This document shows, in pieces, positions 21,605-32,909 of a stretch of DNA of 64,000 nt. The DNA is taken from positions 2,368,127 through 2,432,126 of the forward strand of contig OY969567.1 of the NCBI GenBank assembly GCA_963701135.1. Reading direction: 5' to 3'. Position 1 is the stretch's first letter. Each line of letters opens with the position of its first letter. This DNA is from an uncultured Chloroflexia bacterium (GTDB lineage Bacteria > Chloroflexota > Dehalococcoidia > DSTF01 > JACRBR01). Position numbers and translations under genes: made by a program. The notes beneath the pieces were generated by a model. It was given only the letters and a program-made list of their open reading frames with translations. It did no database searches and was not told the DNA's origin.

Positions 21605-23066
21605 ATGACACAACCCGCCGAAAGCGATTCCGTCCAAGCGCCGCCGCTTCCCCAGCTTATCCAGGGCGGCATGGCGGTAGGTGTTTCGACCTGGCGGCTG
21701 GCCCAGGCCGTCGCCCTGGCGGGCGAGAAGCTCGGCCGGCCCGTGCTGGGAGTCGTTTCGGGCACCGGGCTTTCCGACGTGATGATCCGCCGTCTCCAGC
21801 AGCGAGATCCCGATACCCTCCGCGCGCTCACGGACTACGACCCCGGGCTGGCCAGCGAGCTCCTCGAGGTCTATGGATTCGAGCGTGCCGGGGCCGAGCG
21901 GAGGCCGCCATCGGTTCGCACCCAAGCCCGAAGTGCTCGTCAACGGGACCAGGGCGATGAAGGCACACCTGACACGTCTCGCCGTCGCTGCTGCCTTTGT
22001 CGAGGTCAGCCTGGCGAAGAGCGGCCACAGCGGTCCCGTGGGCATCAACATCATCGAGAAGCTGCAACTGATGCACCTGCCGATGATCCTCGGCGCCATG
22101 CTCGCCGGTGTGGATTATGTGCTCGTGGGCGCCGGCATTCCCAATCAGATCCCCGCGGTGCTCCAGAGCTACGCGGCGCTCCAGCCGGCCTCGTACAAAC
22201 TGGATGTTGCGGGCACGAACGAAAAGCACCTGATGACCCTCGATCCGCGTCCCTTCATCTCGCCGGGCAGGGAGCTCAAGAAGCCCCGCTTCTTCGCGAT
22301 CGTCTCTCATCACGCGCTCGCCATGCGCCTCGCCAGCACTGTGGAAGTCGATGGATTCGTCATCGAAGGCCCGACCGCCGGCGGCCATAACGCGCCCGCG
22401 CGCGGGAAGGACGTCGACGAGGCGGGTCAGCCCGTGTATGGCGAGCGGGACCAGCCGGACCTGACCAGGATGCGGAGCCTCGGCAAGCCGTTCTGGCTCG
22501 CCGGTTCCTATGCCTGCCGGCTCCCGGAAGCCAGGGCGCTCGGAGCGGCCGGCATTCAGGTCGGCTCTGCCTTCGCCCTCTGCGACGAGTCGGGCCTGGC
22601 TGCCAGCGTGAAACGCGAGTTGCGCGGCCAGATAGCCGCCGGCGCCCTCCAGGTGACCACCAGCGCGACTGCCTCTCCTACCGGATTCCCCTTCCAGGTC
22701 GTGCAGCTCGCGGGAACGCTCTCGGAGTCGCACGTCTACCAGTCGAGGAAGCGCATCTGCAACATCGGCCATCTCGTGGAGGCGTACAAGAAGCCCGGGG
22801 GAAGCGGAACCGGCGTCGGATTTCGCTGCCCGGGCGAGCCCGTCGCCGCCTACCTTCGGAGAGGCGGGCGCCAGGAGAAAACCGCCGGCGTCGTCTGCCT
22901 CTGCAACGGCCTCGCTTCGGCCGCCGGCTTCGGGCGGGTCGCCCGCAACGGCCGCGAACCGATGATCCTCACCCTCGGTAAGAACGTCAACTTCTACGAT
23001 CAGATCAACACGGCCCCGGACGGCAGCTATCGCGCCGAGGACGTCGTGCGCTCCGTGTACCGGTGA
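21605..23066 (+). CDS. Nitronate monooxygenase / 2-nitropropane dioxygenase-like flavoprotein (frameshift near 21880)
   Basis: [49 protein letters not shown]. Confidence 0.82.
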
Positions 23067-23114
23067 GCTACGTAAGCCAGAGCCGGCCCGGCGAAGGCAC
23101 GCCGGGGCTCAAAC

Positions 23115-23295
23115 ACGACCCGGCAAATCCGCGCGTACCTCCGGAGCTCGTCGACGCCGCGGCGGCGGCGGCGCAGCGCGTTGAACGTCCAGACCGATCT
23201 TGTTCCGGTACTTGAAGCAGCCGGCCACCGTCTTCGCCGGGCTGTAGACCCGCACGCGCACCCCGTCGATCGCGTGCGCCTCGATGCCGGCGCCA
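23115..23295 (-). pseudogene. Type IV TA antitoxin AbiEi-family C-terminal fragment
   Basis: Manual translation GIEAHAIDGVRVRVYSPAKTVAGCFKYRNKIGLDV..VDELRRYARICRV. Confidence 0.7.
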
Positions 23296-23798
23296 GTCCC
23301 CCACCCCGCACGATGGAATCGTGTTCCATCGTGATGTTAGGCAATGACGATGTGCGCTTCCTGAGCTACGTGGGCGATTCCCGATCCACGTACCAGGCTG
23401 CGTCAAATGCTAACTGCCGCGGCGTTCCGCCGGTGGCGGACCGGCGCCCAAATGCGTTATGGTGACAGGTCAACGCAACGCACGTGTGCATTCCTCGCAC
23501 ATAGCGGTGCGGACAATCAGGCCCGCGCAGGTAGGGTCCCGGCCAAAGAGAAGAAGCTTCCTCCTCGACTCTCACGCCCTCCTAGCCGGCTTGGATCCTT
23601 CCGCCTCTTCGACAATCGCCCAAACGTCCCACCGGCCGCGCTCATGCTGGGCAGGACCATCACCCCGGTGCCGCGGCAATCGACGCCCAGCGCGCACGGT
23701 GATCCGCCCACGCGCCGGATCGACGGAACGAGTGGCGACCTGCGCCGCGATCGTTGCAGACGTAGACCGCGGTCTCAGTCCATCAGGAGAGGAACGCC

Positions 23799-24986
23799 AT
23801 GCGCATAGCCCAGCTCGCCCCATTGTTCGAGAGTGTGCCGCCGCAGCTCTATGGGGGGACCGAGAGGGTCGTCAGCGCGCTCACCGAGGAACTGGTGCAT
23901 CGCGGTCACGACGTCACACTCTTTGCGAGCGGGGACTCGGTGACGAGCGCGCGCCTCAGAGCGCCCGTCGAGCGAAGCCTGCGCCTCGACGGCAGAACAC
24001 GCGACCACGTGGCCTTCACCATGATCGAGCTTGCCGAGGTCTTCGATGCCGCGGATGAGTTCGACGTCATCCACAGCCACCTCGATTACTTCGCCTTCCC
24101 ATTCTCCCGTTTCAGCCGCACCAACATGATCACGACGGCGCACGGGCGGCTCGATATCCCGGAAGTCCAGAGCGTCTATCGCCACTTCTCGGACGCCGGT
24201 CTCGTGTCCATCAGCAATGATCAGCGCGCGCCGCTGGCGGACGCGCGCTGGCTGGCAACCGTCTACAACGGCATCAACTTCTCGTCGTACCGGCTTCGGC
24301 GGGAGCCTGGAACGTACCTCGCGTTCCTGGGGCGCATCTCCCCCGACAAGCGGCCGGACCGCGCCATCGAGGTGGCGCGAGCGCTCGATATGCCGTTGAA
24401 GATTGCGGCGAAGGTCGATGACGTCGATCGCCAGTACTTCGAGCACGCCATCAAGCCGCACTTGCGGCACCCGCTCGTCGAATTCGTCGGAGAGCTGAAT
24501 GAACGGGAGAAGGACGAGTTCCTGGGGAATGCCTTCGCCTACCTCTTCCCGATCGACTGGCCGGAACCGTTTGGCCTCACCATGGTCGAGGCGATGGCGT
24601 GCGGCACACCAGTGGTCGGCATGAACTGCGGGTCGGTGCCGGAAGTGATCGAACATGGCGTTTCCGGGTTCGTTTGCGACTCGCTTCCGGAGTTCATCAG
24701 CGCGGTGCCGCGTGCGAGCGAAATCGATCGCGAGGCGTGCAGAGCATCCGCGTTCAGCCGCTTCTCGGCGTCGGTGATGGCGGATGGGTATGAGGCCGTC
24801 TACGACCACGTTGTCGACAACAGCGACGATCGCCGGGAGGCTGCCAGCCGCATCCGGCGACGGGCGACATCGTCGATACGCCACGCCACCCCAAGCCCCG
24901 TACTGCCAGGTCTGCATGTCGTGCCGGCCGCCTTGAAACCGGTCGCCGGCACGTCCGCCTACGATGCCGCCGTCTCCACGGCATAA
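23799..24986 (+). CDS. Glycosyltransferase family 4
   Basis: MRIAQLAP..VPP..YGGTERVV, FLGRISPDK, WPEPFGLTMVEAMACGTPV; AGGAGAGG RBS. Confidence 0.93.
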   Translation: MRIAQLAPLFESVPPQLYGGTERVVSALTEELVHRGHDVTLFASGDSVTSARLRAPVERSLRLDGRTRDHVAFTMIELAEVFDAADEFDVIHSHLDYFAFPFSRFSRTNMITTAHGRLDIPEVQSVYRHFSDAGLVSISNDQRAPLADARWLATVYNGINFSSYRLRREPGTYLAFLGRISPDKRPDRAIEVARALDMPLKIAAKVDDVDRQYFEHAIKPHLRHPLVEFVGELNEREKDEFLGNAFAYLFPIDWPEPFGLTMVEAMACGTPVVGMNCGSVPEVIEHGVSGFVCDSLPEFISAVPRASEIDREACRASAFSRFSASVMADGYEAVYDHVVDNSDDRREAASRIRRRATSSIRHATPSPVLPGLHVVPAALKPVAGTSAYDAAVSTA

Positions 24987-25014
24987 CGACTACACACGAC
25001 CGGAGGTGGACCCC

Positions 25015-25245
25015 GTGCGTGATAAGATGCCGGCCGACGATTCCGAGCAAGCGATCTTGCGTGGGATAGATGGATTGGCAGAACGCGTCCGTGCACTCCG
25101 CGCGACGGGCGTCGTCCACGATGGAGCGGCGATCAAGGCGTTGGAGGGGCAAGCTCGGGCGAAATGGGATGAATTGCGGTTGTTGCGCGCGGGGCCAGTG
25201 GCCGGGGAGCTCCCCAAGCCGCGCGCCGGAGGGCATTATCGCTGA
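25015..25245 (+). CDS. Small hypothetical helical protein
   Basis: GGAGG RBS; coiled-coil-like sequence ending KWDELRLLRA. Confidence 0.5.
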   Translation: MRDKMPADDSEQAILRGIDGLAERVRALRATGVVHDGAAIKALEGQARAKWDELRLLRAGPVAGELPKPRAGGHYR

Positions 25246-25328
25246 GGGCGCGCGTTGGTCCACGCCGGGTTCCGAAACTCCGCGTGACCGAACCGCAGCC
25301 CCGGGGCACGCGCAAGCGAGGATTGACG

Positions 25329-25574
25329 ATGACAGTGGAAGAACTTGAAGATAGCCGCGGGTTGGGAATAAAGCACCGGCATGAGTGGCAGGCCGTCACC
25401 ACGCGCCCGGGTCTGCAGTCGGCACACGACCAGATGCGTTGGGACGTCAGCAAGAGCCGGATACTGGCAGTCAATGCCTGTACGGTGTGCGGTGAGCTGC
25501 ACCGCGAGTCTGTCCGCGAGTGTATCGTCGTCAACTGCCGGACGCATCCCATCTGCGAGCGTCCGCATCGCTGA
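25329..25574 (+). CDS. Small Cys/His-rich hypothetical protein
   Basis: GAGG RBS; HRHEW, CTVCGELH, C-x4-C-x2-H-x2-C. Confidence 0.5.
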   Translation: MTVEELEDSRGLGIKHRHEWQAVTTRPGLQSAHDQMRWDVSKSRILAVNACTVCGELHRESVRECIVVNCRTHPICERPHR

Positions 25575-25706
25575 GGAGCGCCGCCTGCTGCAATCGCGGG
25601 GCTCGTGGTCCGCGGCAGGCGATGATGGCCGGCCCAGCTTGGACGGACGGACGCTCCGCACCCGTCTGCGAGCACACCCCCGATCTGCGGATCTCGCCCT
25701 TGTCTG

Positions 25707-25961
25707 CTACCCGGCGCCCGCAGCGGCGCACGAGCGCGGTCCGGCGGGCGGTGTGCTGGGCATCGCCGCAACATCGCGCATTCGATGATCGCGTCCCCGA
25801 TCAGGGGACGGCCGCTTGGGCAGGCATCGGCAGAGGCAGCTCGCTAGCGGCGCCGTAGGCCAGACCAGCCCGACGGCAACCGTCATCACCTGCCGCATTG
25901 TGAGGCCGGCGAAGGCCTTGTCCTCGACGTTGAGGTGGGTTGGGATCTCGTGTCGGTTCAC
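25707..25961 (-). pseudogene. PrgI-family (VirB3-like) conjugation protein remnant
   Basis: RHEIPTHLNVEDKAFAGLTMRQ N-terminus typical of PrgI; degenerates after TM1. Confidence 0.7.
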
Positions 25962-26816
25962 AGCTCGTCTCCGCCTTCCGAGGGTTAAGACGAACTGTGG
26001 GGTCTGCTGGTCTAATAGGAGTCTAAGAACTCAGTCCAAGATTTCCAAGATGGGGCCAGATGCACCGAAGTAGGCCCAGGGGACTTCGCGCTGCAGCTTC
26101 CATGATCGGTGACGCGGACGTATCCAGGCGCGTGAATGTTCCATCAGACTGCTTACGCGTCCAGCGCGAGTCCGTATGCTAGTTGCTGCGCCGACAGATC
26201 CGTTTGCCGCAGCCGGCCGATAGGGAAGTACGGGCAGCGCTACCTTGAACGCACTGCCCTGGCCTGGCAAGCTCTCGAGGCTCACGGAGCCGCCATGCTG
26301 GCGAACTATATTCGCGACAATCGAGAGGCCTAAGCCATAGCCACCGGTATTCCGACTTCGAGAAGTGTCGAGGCGATAGAATCGTTCGAAAATCCGCGTT
26401 TGCTCTTCCTCAGGAATTCCTACTCCTGTGTCACGGACTGTTAAGAGCACAGTGTCTCCTTCAGACGCTATCTCCACTAGGACCTTGCCGCCAGGATAGT
26501 TGTATCGAATGCCATTCTCTATCAGGTTTCGGAGAACCAGCGAGAGCGAACCAGAGTTGCCCTGAACAGCAGCCTCACCAGCGCATCGAAGACCTACAGT
26601 GACTGCGTAGTTCTCTGCCAAGGGCTTGAGATCAAGAACGACCTCTTCTCCCGCCCTAGGGTTTCGTTGGACACCTGATTGGGGCACGATGCCCCGTAGC
26701 AGGAGGTGTCCATGACGAAGACGACGAACGGTGCACGACGTGGTGAGGAGGAGCGCGGCCGCTTCTCGTCGCGGCGGAAGACGGAGGCGGTGCTGCGCCT
26801 GCTGCGCGGCGAGGAG

Positions 26817-27796
26817 TGACCTGCCCCCCGAAAACTGGTCCAGTCTAAATGAGAGTCCTCCGGGATAATGGCCCTGGCGACAGGGCAAGGAGGACCCATG
26901 CGGAAGAGCCGGTTCACGGAGGAACAGATCGTCACGGCGATCAAAGAGCACGAGGCAGGGACGCCGACGCAGGAGCTCTGCCGGCGCCTCGGCATCGGCG
27001 CGCAGACGCTGTACCGCTGGAAGGCGAAGTACGGCGGCATGAGCGTGCCCGACGCGCAGCGCCTGAAGACCCTGGAGGATGAGAATCGGCGGCTGAAGAA
27101 GCTCGTCGCCAATCAGGCGCTGGACATCGACGCCCTCAAAGAGGTGGCCTCGCGAAACTGGTGAAGCCCGCGGTGCGGAGGGTCGCCGTTCTTTTCCTTG
27201 AAGGGGAACGGGGGCTGTCTCAGCGCCGTGCCTGCGGGCTGCTGACCATGCATCGTTCGACGGCCCGCTATCAGGGACACGGGCGCGCAGAGGGACCGAT
27301 CCGCACGCGGCTACGCGAGCTGGCGGCCCAGAAGCGGCGCTACGGCTACCGGCGGCTGCACGTGCTGCTGCGGCGGGAGGGGGTGTGCGTGAATCACAAG
27401 TGCGTGGAGCGGATCTACCGGGAAGAAGGACTCAGCCTACGGCGGAAGAAGCGCAAACGGACGACAAGCGTGGCCCGCACGCCGGCGCCGCGGCCGCAGC
27501 GCCCGGACGAGGTGTGGTGCCTGGACTTTGTGCACGATCAACTCTGGTGGGGCCGTCGGATTCGCACGTTGAATGTCCTCGATGTCTGCACCAGGGAAGC
27601 GCTCGGCATCGAAGTGGACACGTCGCTTTCCGGCGTGCGCGTCGGCCGCGTGCTGGATCGGATTATCGATGAGCGCGGCCAGGCGCCGCAGACGATCATC
27701 ATGGACAACGGGCCTGAGCTGACGAGCAAGGCGCTCGACCAGTGGGCCTATGCACGCGGTGTGCGGCTGCACTTCATCGAGCCGGGAAAGCCCGTG
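26817..27796 (+). mobile_element. IS3-family (IS407-group-like) element A, 3'-truncated copy (orfA 26898-27164, orfB 27161-27796)
   Basis: Left IR TGACCTGCCCCCCGAAAACTGGTCCA; near-identical to 56041-57020. Confidence 0.9.
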
Positions 27797-29018
27797 TGAC
27801 CTGCCCCCGATCTTTGGTCCACTCATTATGAGAGTCCGACCGGGTCTTTCCGCTCTGTGATGCTGCGCCTGAACTCCTCCGGCGTCCTGTTCTGCAGCGA
27901 GCTGTGCGGGCGCTCGCGATTGTACTCCACCCTCCAGGTTTCGATCTTCTCTCGTGCATCCCAGATCGTCGTGAACCAGTGCTCGTTGAGACACTCGTCA
28001 CGAAATTTGTCGTTGAAGCTTTCGGCGAAGCAGTTCTGCACGGGCTTTCCCGGCTCGATGAAGTGCAGCCGCACACCGCGTGCATAGGCCCACTGGTCGA
28101 GCGCCTTGCTCGTCAGCTCAGGCCCGTTGTCCATGATGATCGTCTGCGGCGCCTGGCCGCGCTCATCGATAATCCGATCCAGCACGCGGCCGACGCGCAC
28201 GCCGGAAAGCGACGTGTCCACTTCGATGCCGAGCGCTTCCCTGGTGCAGACATCGAGGACATTCAACGTGCGAATCCGACGGCCCCACCAGAGTTGATCG
28301 TGCACAAAGTCCAGGCACCACACCTCGTCCGGGCGCTGCGGCCGCGGCGCCGGCGTGCGGGCCACGCTTGTCGTCCGTTTGCGCTTCTTCCGCCGTAGGC
28401 TGAGTCCTTCTTCCCGGTAGATCCGCTCCACGCACTTGTGATTCACGCACACCCCCTCCCGCCGCAGCAGCACGTGCAGCCGCCGGTAGCCGTAGCGCCG
28501 CTTCTGGGCCGCCAGCTCGCGTAGCCGCGTGCGGATCGGTCCCTCTGCGCGCCCGTGTCCCTGATAGCGGGCCGTCGAACGATGCATGGTGAGCAGCCCG
28601 CAGGCACGGCGCTGAGACAGCCCCCGTTCCCCTTCAAGGAAAAGAACGGCGACCCTCCGCACCGCGGGCTTCACCAGTTTCGCGAGGCCACCTCTTTGAG
28701 GGCGTCGATGTCCAGCGCCTGATTGGCGACGAGCTTCTTCAGCCGCCGATTCTCATCCTCCAGGGTCTTCAGGCGCTGCGCGTCGGGCACGCTCATGCCG
28801 CCGTACTTCGCCTTCCAGCGGTACAGCGTCTGCGCGCCGATGCCGAGGCGCCGGCAGAGCTCCTGCGTCGGCGTCCCTGCCTCGTGCTCTTTGATCGCCG
28901 TGACGATCTGTTCCTCCGTGAACCGGCTCTTCCGCATGGGTCCTCCTTGCCCTGTCGCCAGGGCCATTATCCCGGAGGACTCTCATTTAGACTGGACCAG
29001 TTTTCGGGGGGCAGGTCA
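27797..29018 (-). mobile_element. IS3-family element A, complete 1222-bp copy (orfA 28671-28937, orfB 27826-28674)
   Basis: TGACCTGCCCCC terminal IRs; HTH OrfA MRKSRFTEEQI; DDE OrfB (WCLDF, DNGPE, ESFN). Confidence 0.95.
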
Positions 29019-30019
29019 CGCGGCATCACGTCGAGCCCGTCCTTCGTCCGGGAGCCGCAGGGAAACGGCTGCGCCGAGCGCTTCATCCGCACCCTCAAGG
29101 AGCAGCTCTTGTGGGTGGAGACCTTCGCCACGGTCGAGGAGCTGCGCCTGGCGCTCCTCTCCTTCAAGGAACGCTACAACCGCGCCTGGCTGATCGAGCG
29201 GCACGCGTATCGCTCGCCCGCCCAGGTCCGCGCCGCCTGGGCCGCTACCGCCGAGGTCGCGGCATGATTACCATCAACGAAGTGTCCAGCAATTCCGGCG
29301 CGGTACACTCCTCGGCAATTGGTTCAAGGAAGACCACATCTTGGCAGGCGGTTTGACCCTGCTCAGCCAGGAGCAACATATTGGCAACGAGCTTCTCGAG
29401 TCTGGTCAGGTTTCTCTCGAGTGTTTCGGCCATTTCGGCATAGTCCGAGACAGTAGCGTCTTGGTCGGACCTAATGACCTCGATGGAAGTTCTCAGGATG
29501 GAGAAGGGGGTGCGGAGTTCATGCGCTGCGTCAACAACGAATCGGCTTTGCTGGCCGAAAGCGTCCTGAAGTCGTTCGAGCATGGAATTGAAGGTCGAAG
29601 TCAGTACTGCTAACTCATCACGAGAACCTCTCTCTTTCAGACGCACGTCCAGCAACTGGGCGTTGACCCGTCGGGCAGCTTCGCTCATCTGTCTAACCGG
29701 GCCGAGGCTCCTTCCGGCCAACCAGTAAGCCAGAACACCTCCGAGTATCAGCGTGACCGCCATAGCAGCGAAGGAAATCAATCTAACTCGCTCGAGTATG
29801 TTCTTCTCCGCACTTCGAACGAGACTTTCAGTCGCGGTGCTATCAGCTGGCCGTGAATCAGCGGGGCCAAGTTGAGTGAATTCGATGTCGCCTTCAGTGG
29901 TAACTGTTCTCACTCGGGGTACAACCGCAACCGTGGTACCGGTCCTGCTCAGGCTCGCGAGCACATTAGTGGAAAGAACGAGAAACGTGGAGCAGACCAG
30001 GAGTAGTAAGATGCAGCTC

Positions 30020-31357
30020 ATCTCCCGCCCTAGGGTTTCGTTGGACACCTGATTGGGGCACGATGCCCCGTAGCAGGAGGTGTCCATGACGAAGACGACG
30101 AACGGTGCACGACGTGGTGAGGAGGAGCGCGGCCGCTTCTCGTCGCGGCGGAAGACGGAGGCGGTGCTGCGCCTGCTGCGCGGCGAGGAGCTCGATGTCC
30201 TCTCCCGCGAGCTCGGTGTCACGGGCGCCGCACTGGCCCAGTGGCGGGAGCGCTTCCTGCTCGCCGGGCAGGACGCGCTGAAGAGCCGCCTCGCGGATGC
30301 GCGCGACGAGGACGTGCGGCGCCTGCAGGCGAAGATCGGCGCCATCACGATGGAGAACGAGCTGATCCGCGAGCGCTGTCACGCGCTGGAGGGCGGACGC
30401 CCTTTGGCCCCACGGAGGTCGAGGTCATGAGTCAGGCCGCCTCGCCTTCCGCCGATCGCCCCTACGGCCTGGCTCGCGTCTGCCGTGTTTGGGAGCGCGC
30501 ACGCTCCACCGTCTATGCGCGCCGGCACCTGTTGCCGCACGCACCACACAAGCGTGGTCCGAAGACGGCGTGGACGGACGCCGCGCTCACCGAGGAGATC
30601 CGCCTGGTCCTCGCCCGCTCGCCCTTCCTCGGCGAGGGTCATCGCAAGGTGTGGGCGCGCCTGCGCCTGGCCGGCGTGCGCACGTCGAAGGCGCGCGTGC
30701 TGCGCTGCATGCGGGAGGCCGGGCTCCTCGCGCCGGGCCGCATCGGGCGCGCGCACGGGCCCAAGGCGCACGACCGGACGATCGTGCCGGACCGCCCGGA
30801 CGTGATGTGGGGGACGGACGCCACGGCCTGCTTCACCACACGCGAGGGCACGGCGACGGTCTTCATCGCCGTCAACCACTTCACGGCTGAATGCGTGGGC
30901 ATCCACGCCGCGCGGCCAGGGACGCGCTTCGAGGCGCTCGATCCGCTACGCCAGGGGCTGCGCGCGCACTTCGGTGACTACCACGCAGCCGTGGCGCCAG
31001 GGCTCACCGTCCGTCACGATCACGGCAGCCAATACATGAGCGACCACTTCCAGGACGAGCTGCGCTTCCTCGGCATCACGTCGAGCCCGTCCTTCGTCCG
31101 GGAGCCGCAGGGAAACGGCTGCGCCGAGCGCTTCATCCGCACCCTCAAGGAGCAGCTCTTGTGGGTGGAGACCTTCGCCACGGTCGAGGAGCTGCGCCTG
31201 GCGCTCCTCTCCTTCAAGGAACGCTACAACCGCGCCTGGCTGATCGAGCGGCACGCGTATCGCTCGCCCGCCCAGGTCCGCGCCGCCTGGGCCGCTACCG
31301 CCGAGGTCGCGGCATGATTACCATCAACGAAGTGTCCAGCAATTCCGGCGCGGTACA
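30020..31357 (+). mobile_element. IS3-family element B, complete copy (orfA 30086-30430, orfB 30427-31317)
   Basis: ATGA-coupled OrfA/OrfB; GTDAT, HDHGSQY, AERF DDE motifs; imperfect IRs sharing TGGACAC; CTC duplication. Confidence 0.9.
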
Positions 31358-31443
31358 CTCAGAGCAACCTGGACTCGGAGCGTCAAGTGTGTTTGCAGCC
31401 AGTTCATTTGCGCGCCGTCCCTTAAATTCGAGTGAGATGTGAC

Positions 31444-32115
31444 TCACACAATGAGACGATAACCCTGCCCAATGACTGTCTCTATGTAGCGAGGAGTCTT
31501 CGCGTCATCATGCAGCTTGGCTCTGAGCGAGTTAATGTGAACGCGAATCGAGTTACTGAATGGGTTTACGTCGTTATCCCAGATGTGCTCGATGAGAGCT
31601 TCTTGTGTCACTACCTCTCCAGGCTGGCGTGCCAAATAGTGCGAAATTGCGAACTCTTTTCGCGTCAAGTCCAATTTGCGATCGTCTTGCCAAACAACAC
31701 GCATCGCAGGATCAATCTTCAGATCTCCGCGCATAACGATCGGCTCTCGAACGCGCAGGTCACGTCGTAGTAAAGCTCGAACGCGAGCGAGAAGTTCATC
31801 GTAGTGGAACGGCTTGCAAAGGTAGTCGTCTGCCCCTAGATCGAGGCCGAGAACGCGGTCTTGTGGCCGCGAGCGGGCAGTCAGTACGAGTATTAACGCG
31901 CCGGATCGAAAGGCACGCATCCTCCTCAATACCTGGAACCCGTCAACTTTAGGAAGGCTCAAATCGAGGAGAACGAGGTCGTAGTTGGTTGCTTCAAAGC
32001 TTTCTAAGGCCTGTTCTCCATCATAGGCGATATCGACGGCGTATGGCTGGCGGCGCAAGCCTTTGGCGAGCGCTCGCGCCAGATCCTCCTCATCTTCGAC
32101 AATGAGAAGTCGCAT
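31444..32115 (-). CDS. OmpR/PhoB-family response regulator
   Basis: MRLLIVEDE, LLDLSLP, GADDYLCKPF, winged helix ETVIGQGY; TTGACA-N16-TAGGCT upstream. Confidence 0.95.
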   Translation of the reverse strand: MRLLIVEDEEDLARALAKGLRRQPYAVDIAYDGEQALESFEATNYDLVLLDLSLPKVDGFQVLRRMRAFRSGALILVLTARSRPQDRVLGLDLGADDYLCKPFHYDELLARVRALLRRDLRVREPIVMRGDLKIDPAMRVVWQDDRKLDLTRKEFAISHYLARQPGEVVTQEALIEHIWDNDVNPFSNSIRVHINSLRAKLHDDAKTPRYIETVIGQGYRLIV

Positions 32116-32168
32116 TTCAACTGAAGCCTATACGAGTGCCTGATTCTGTCAAGCGGCCTAAGGCCTCC

Positions 32169-32203
32169 TTCCCACCGCCGAAGGGCTCTTCGGCGGTGGG
32201 AAT
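32169..32203. terminator. Strong hairpin between the secreted-protein gene and the response regulator
   Basis: TTCCCACCGCCGAAG-GGCT-CTTCGGCGGTGGGAA perfect inverted repeat. Confidence 0.7.
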
Positions 32204-32230
32204 GGGCTCAGTCGAGTTAGTTCCCCTTCT

Positions 32231-32785
32231 CTAGTACTCCCAGATCTCCGATGAGGTCTTGTCGTTCATGGTTCCCATGGAACTGCAGGTACAGAGGTGC
32301 TGCGAACCACCATAGCTGGCGTTCTGGTAGTGCCACCAGATATTGCAGTCGGCGTATGCCTGAGCCGAGGAAACCTTGTTGTCCCACCCGCTGGGCATCG
32401 TTGGAGTTGCGTACGACACCGAGGGGCTGCACGGCGCGGGCGCTTCCCAGATAAGCGTATCGCCCGAGTAACCGCTATCTCGATAGTCGATACCTACAAC
32501 GTACGAGGAGAGCGGTCCATCAAAAGTGTCCTTAGGCAACTTGCTCGCTGGTGCCAAGGCTGGAAGAGCAACTTGGCCGTCAGTCGCCGAGGCTATCGCC
32601 TCCGAGAACGTGCTGAAGCATCGGAGGTTGTGAGTGTTGGAGTTCTTCTCTCCGGGTGCCATTGGGTCCATCTCGATAACGCAGTGACGCTCCGGAGCTT
32701 TCTCCTCGATGGCCTGGGCTGATACCGCGGATGGTAAGAGAGCAAGAGCTGCTAGGAGTCCGATGTAAAGCAACCGCGTCTTCAC
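32231..32785 (-). CDS. Secreted Cys-rich protein with C-terminal beta/gamma-crystallin-like (peptidase inhibitor I36-like) domain
   Basis: Signal peptide ending AVSA; Y.DSGYSG..WDNKVSS and Y.NASYGG..MNDKTSS Greek-key motifs; AAGGGAG RBS. Confidence 0.7.
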   Translation of the reverse strand: MKTRLLYIGLLAALALLPSAVSAQAIEEKAPERHCVIEMDPMAPGEKNSNTHNLRCFSTFSEAIASATDGQVALPALAPASKLPKDTFDGPLSSYVVGIDYRDSGYSGDTLIWEAPAPCSPSVSYATPTMPSGWDNKVSSAQAYADCNIWWHYQNASYGGSQHLCTCSSMGTMNDKTSSEIWEY

Positions 32786-32883
32786 TGTATCTCCCTTCTT
32801 AAGTTAGTAGAGGCCCGTAGCCAATATGTTGAGTACCCATAAAATCCTCGTTAAGACTACTTCGGTAAACGCATCTCTAACGA

Positions 32884-32900
32884 GTAAACGTTCTGTTAAC
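32884..32900 (-). promoter_or_regulatory. GTTAAC-N5-GTTTAC direct repeat, putative response-regulator site
   Basis: 11-nt period; the same motif occurs at 33210-33226. Confidence 0.5.
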
Positions 32901-32909
32901 GAGGTTGGC

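Larger units (their letters stand above)
26646..29307 (+). mobile_element. IS3-family element B, copy 1, internally deleted and carrying two nested IS-A copies
   Basis: 26647-26816 and 29021-29307 match the ends of 30020-31357; CTC flanks both sides. Confidence 0.85.
26031..31407 (-). pseudogene. HAMP sensor histidine kinase split into three pieces (31358-31407, 29308-30019, 26031-26645) by two IS insertions
   Basis: Removing the IS copies restores MNWLQTHLTLRVQVALSCILL.., HAMP, AAHELRTP, ..IAEEVVLDL.., NLIENGIRY, DTGVGI, GGYGLGL in one frame. Confidence 0.88.
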
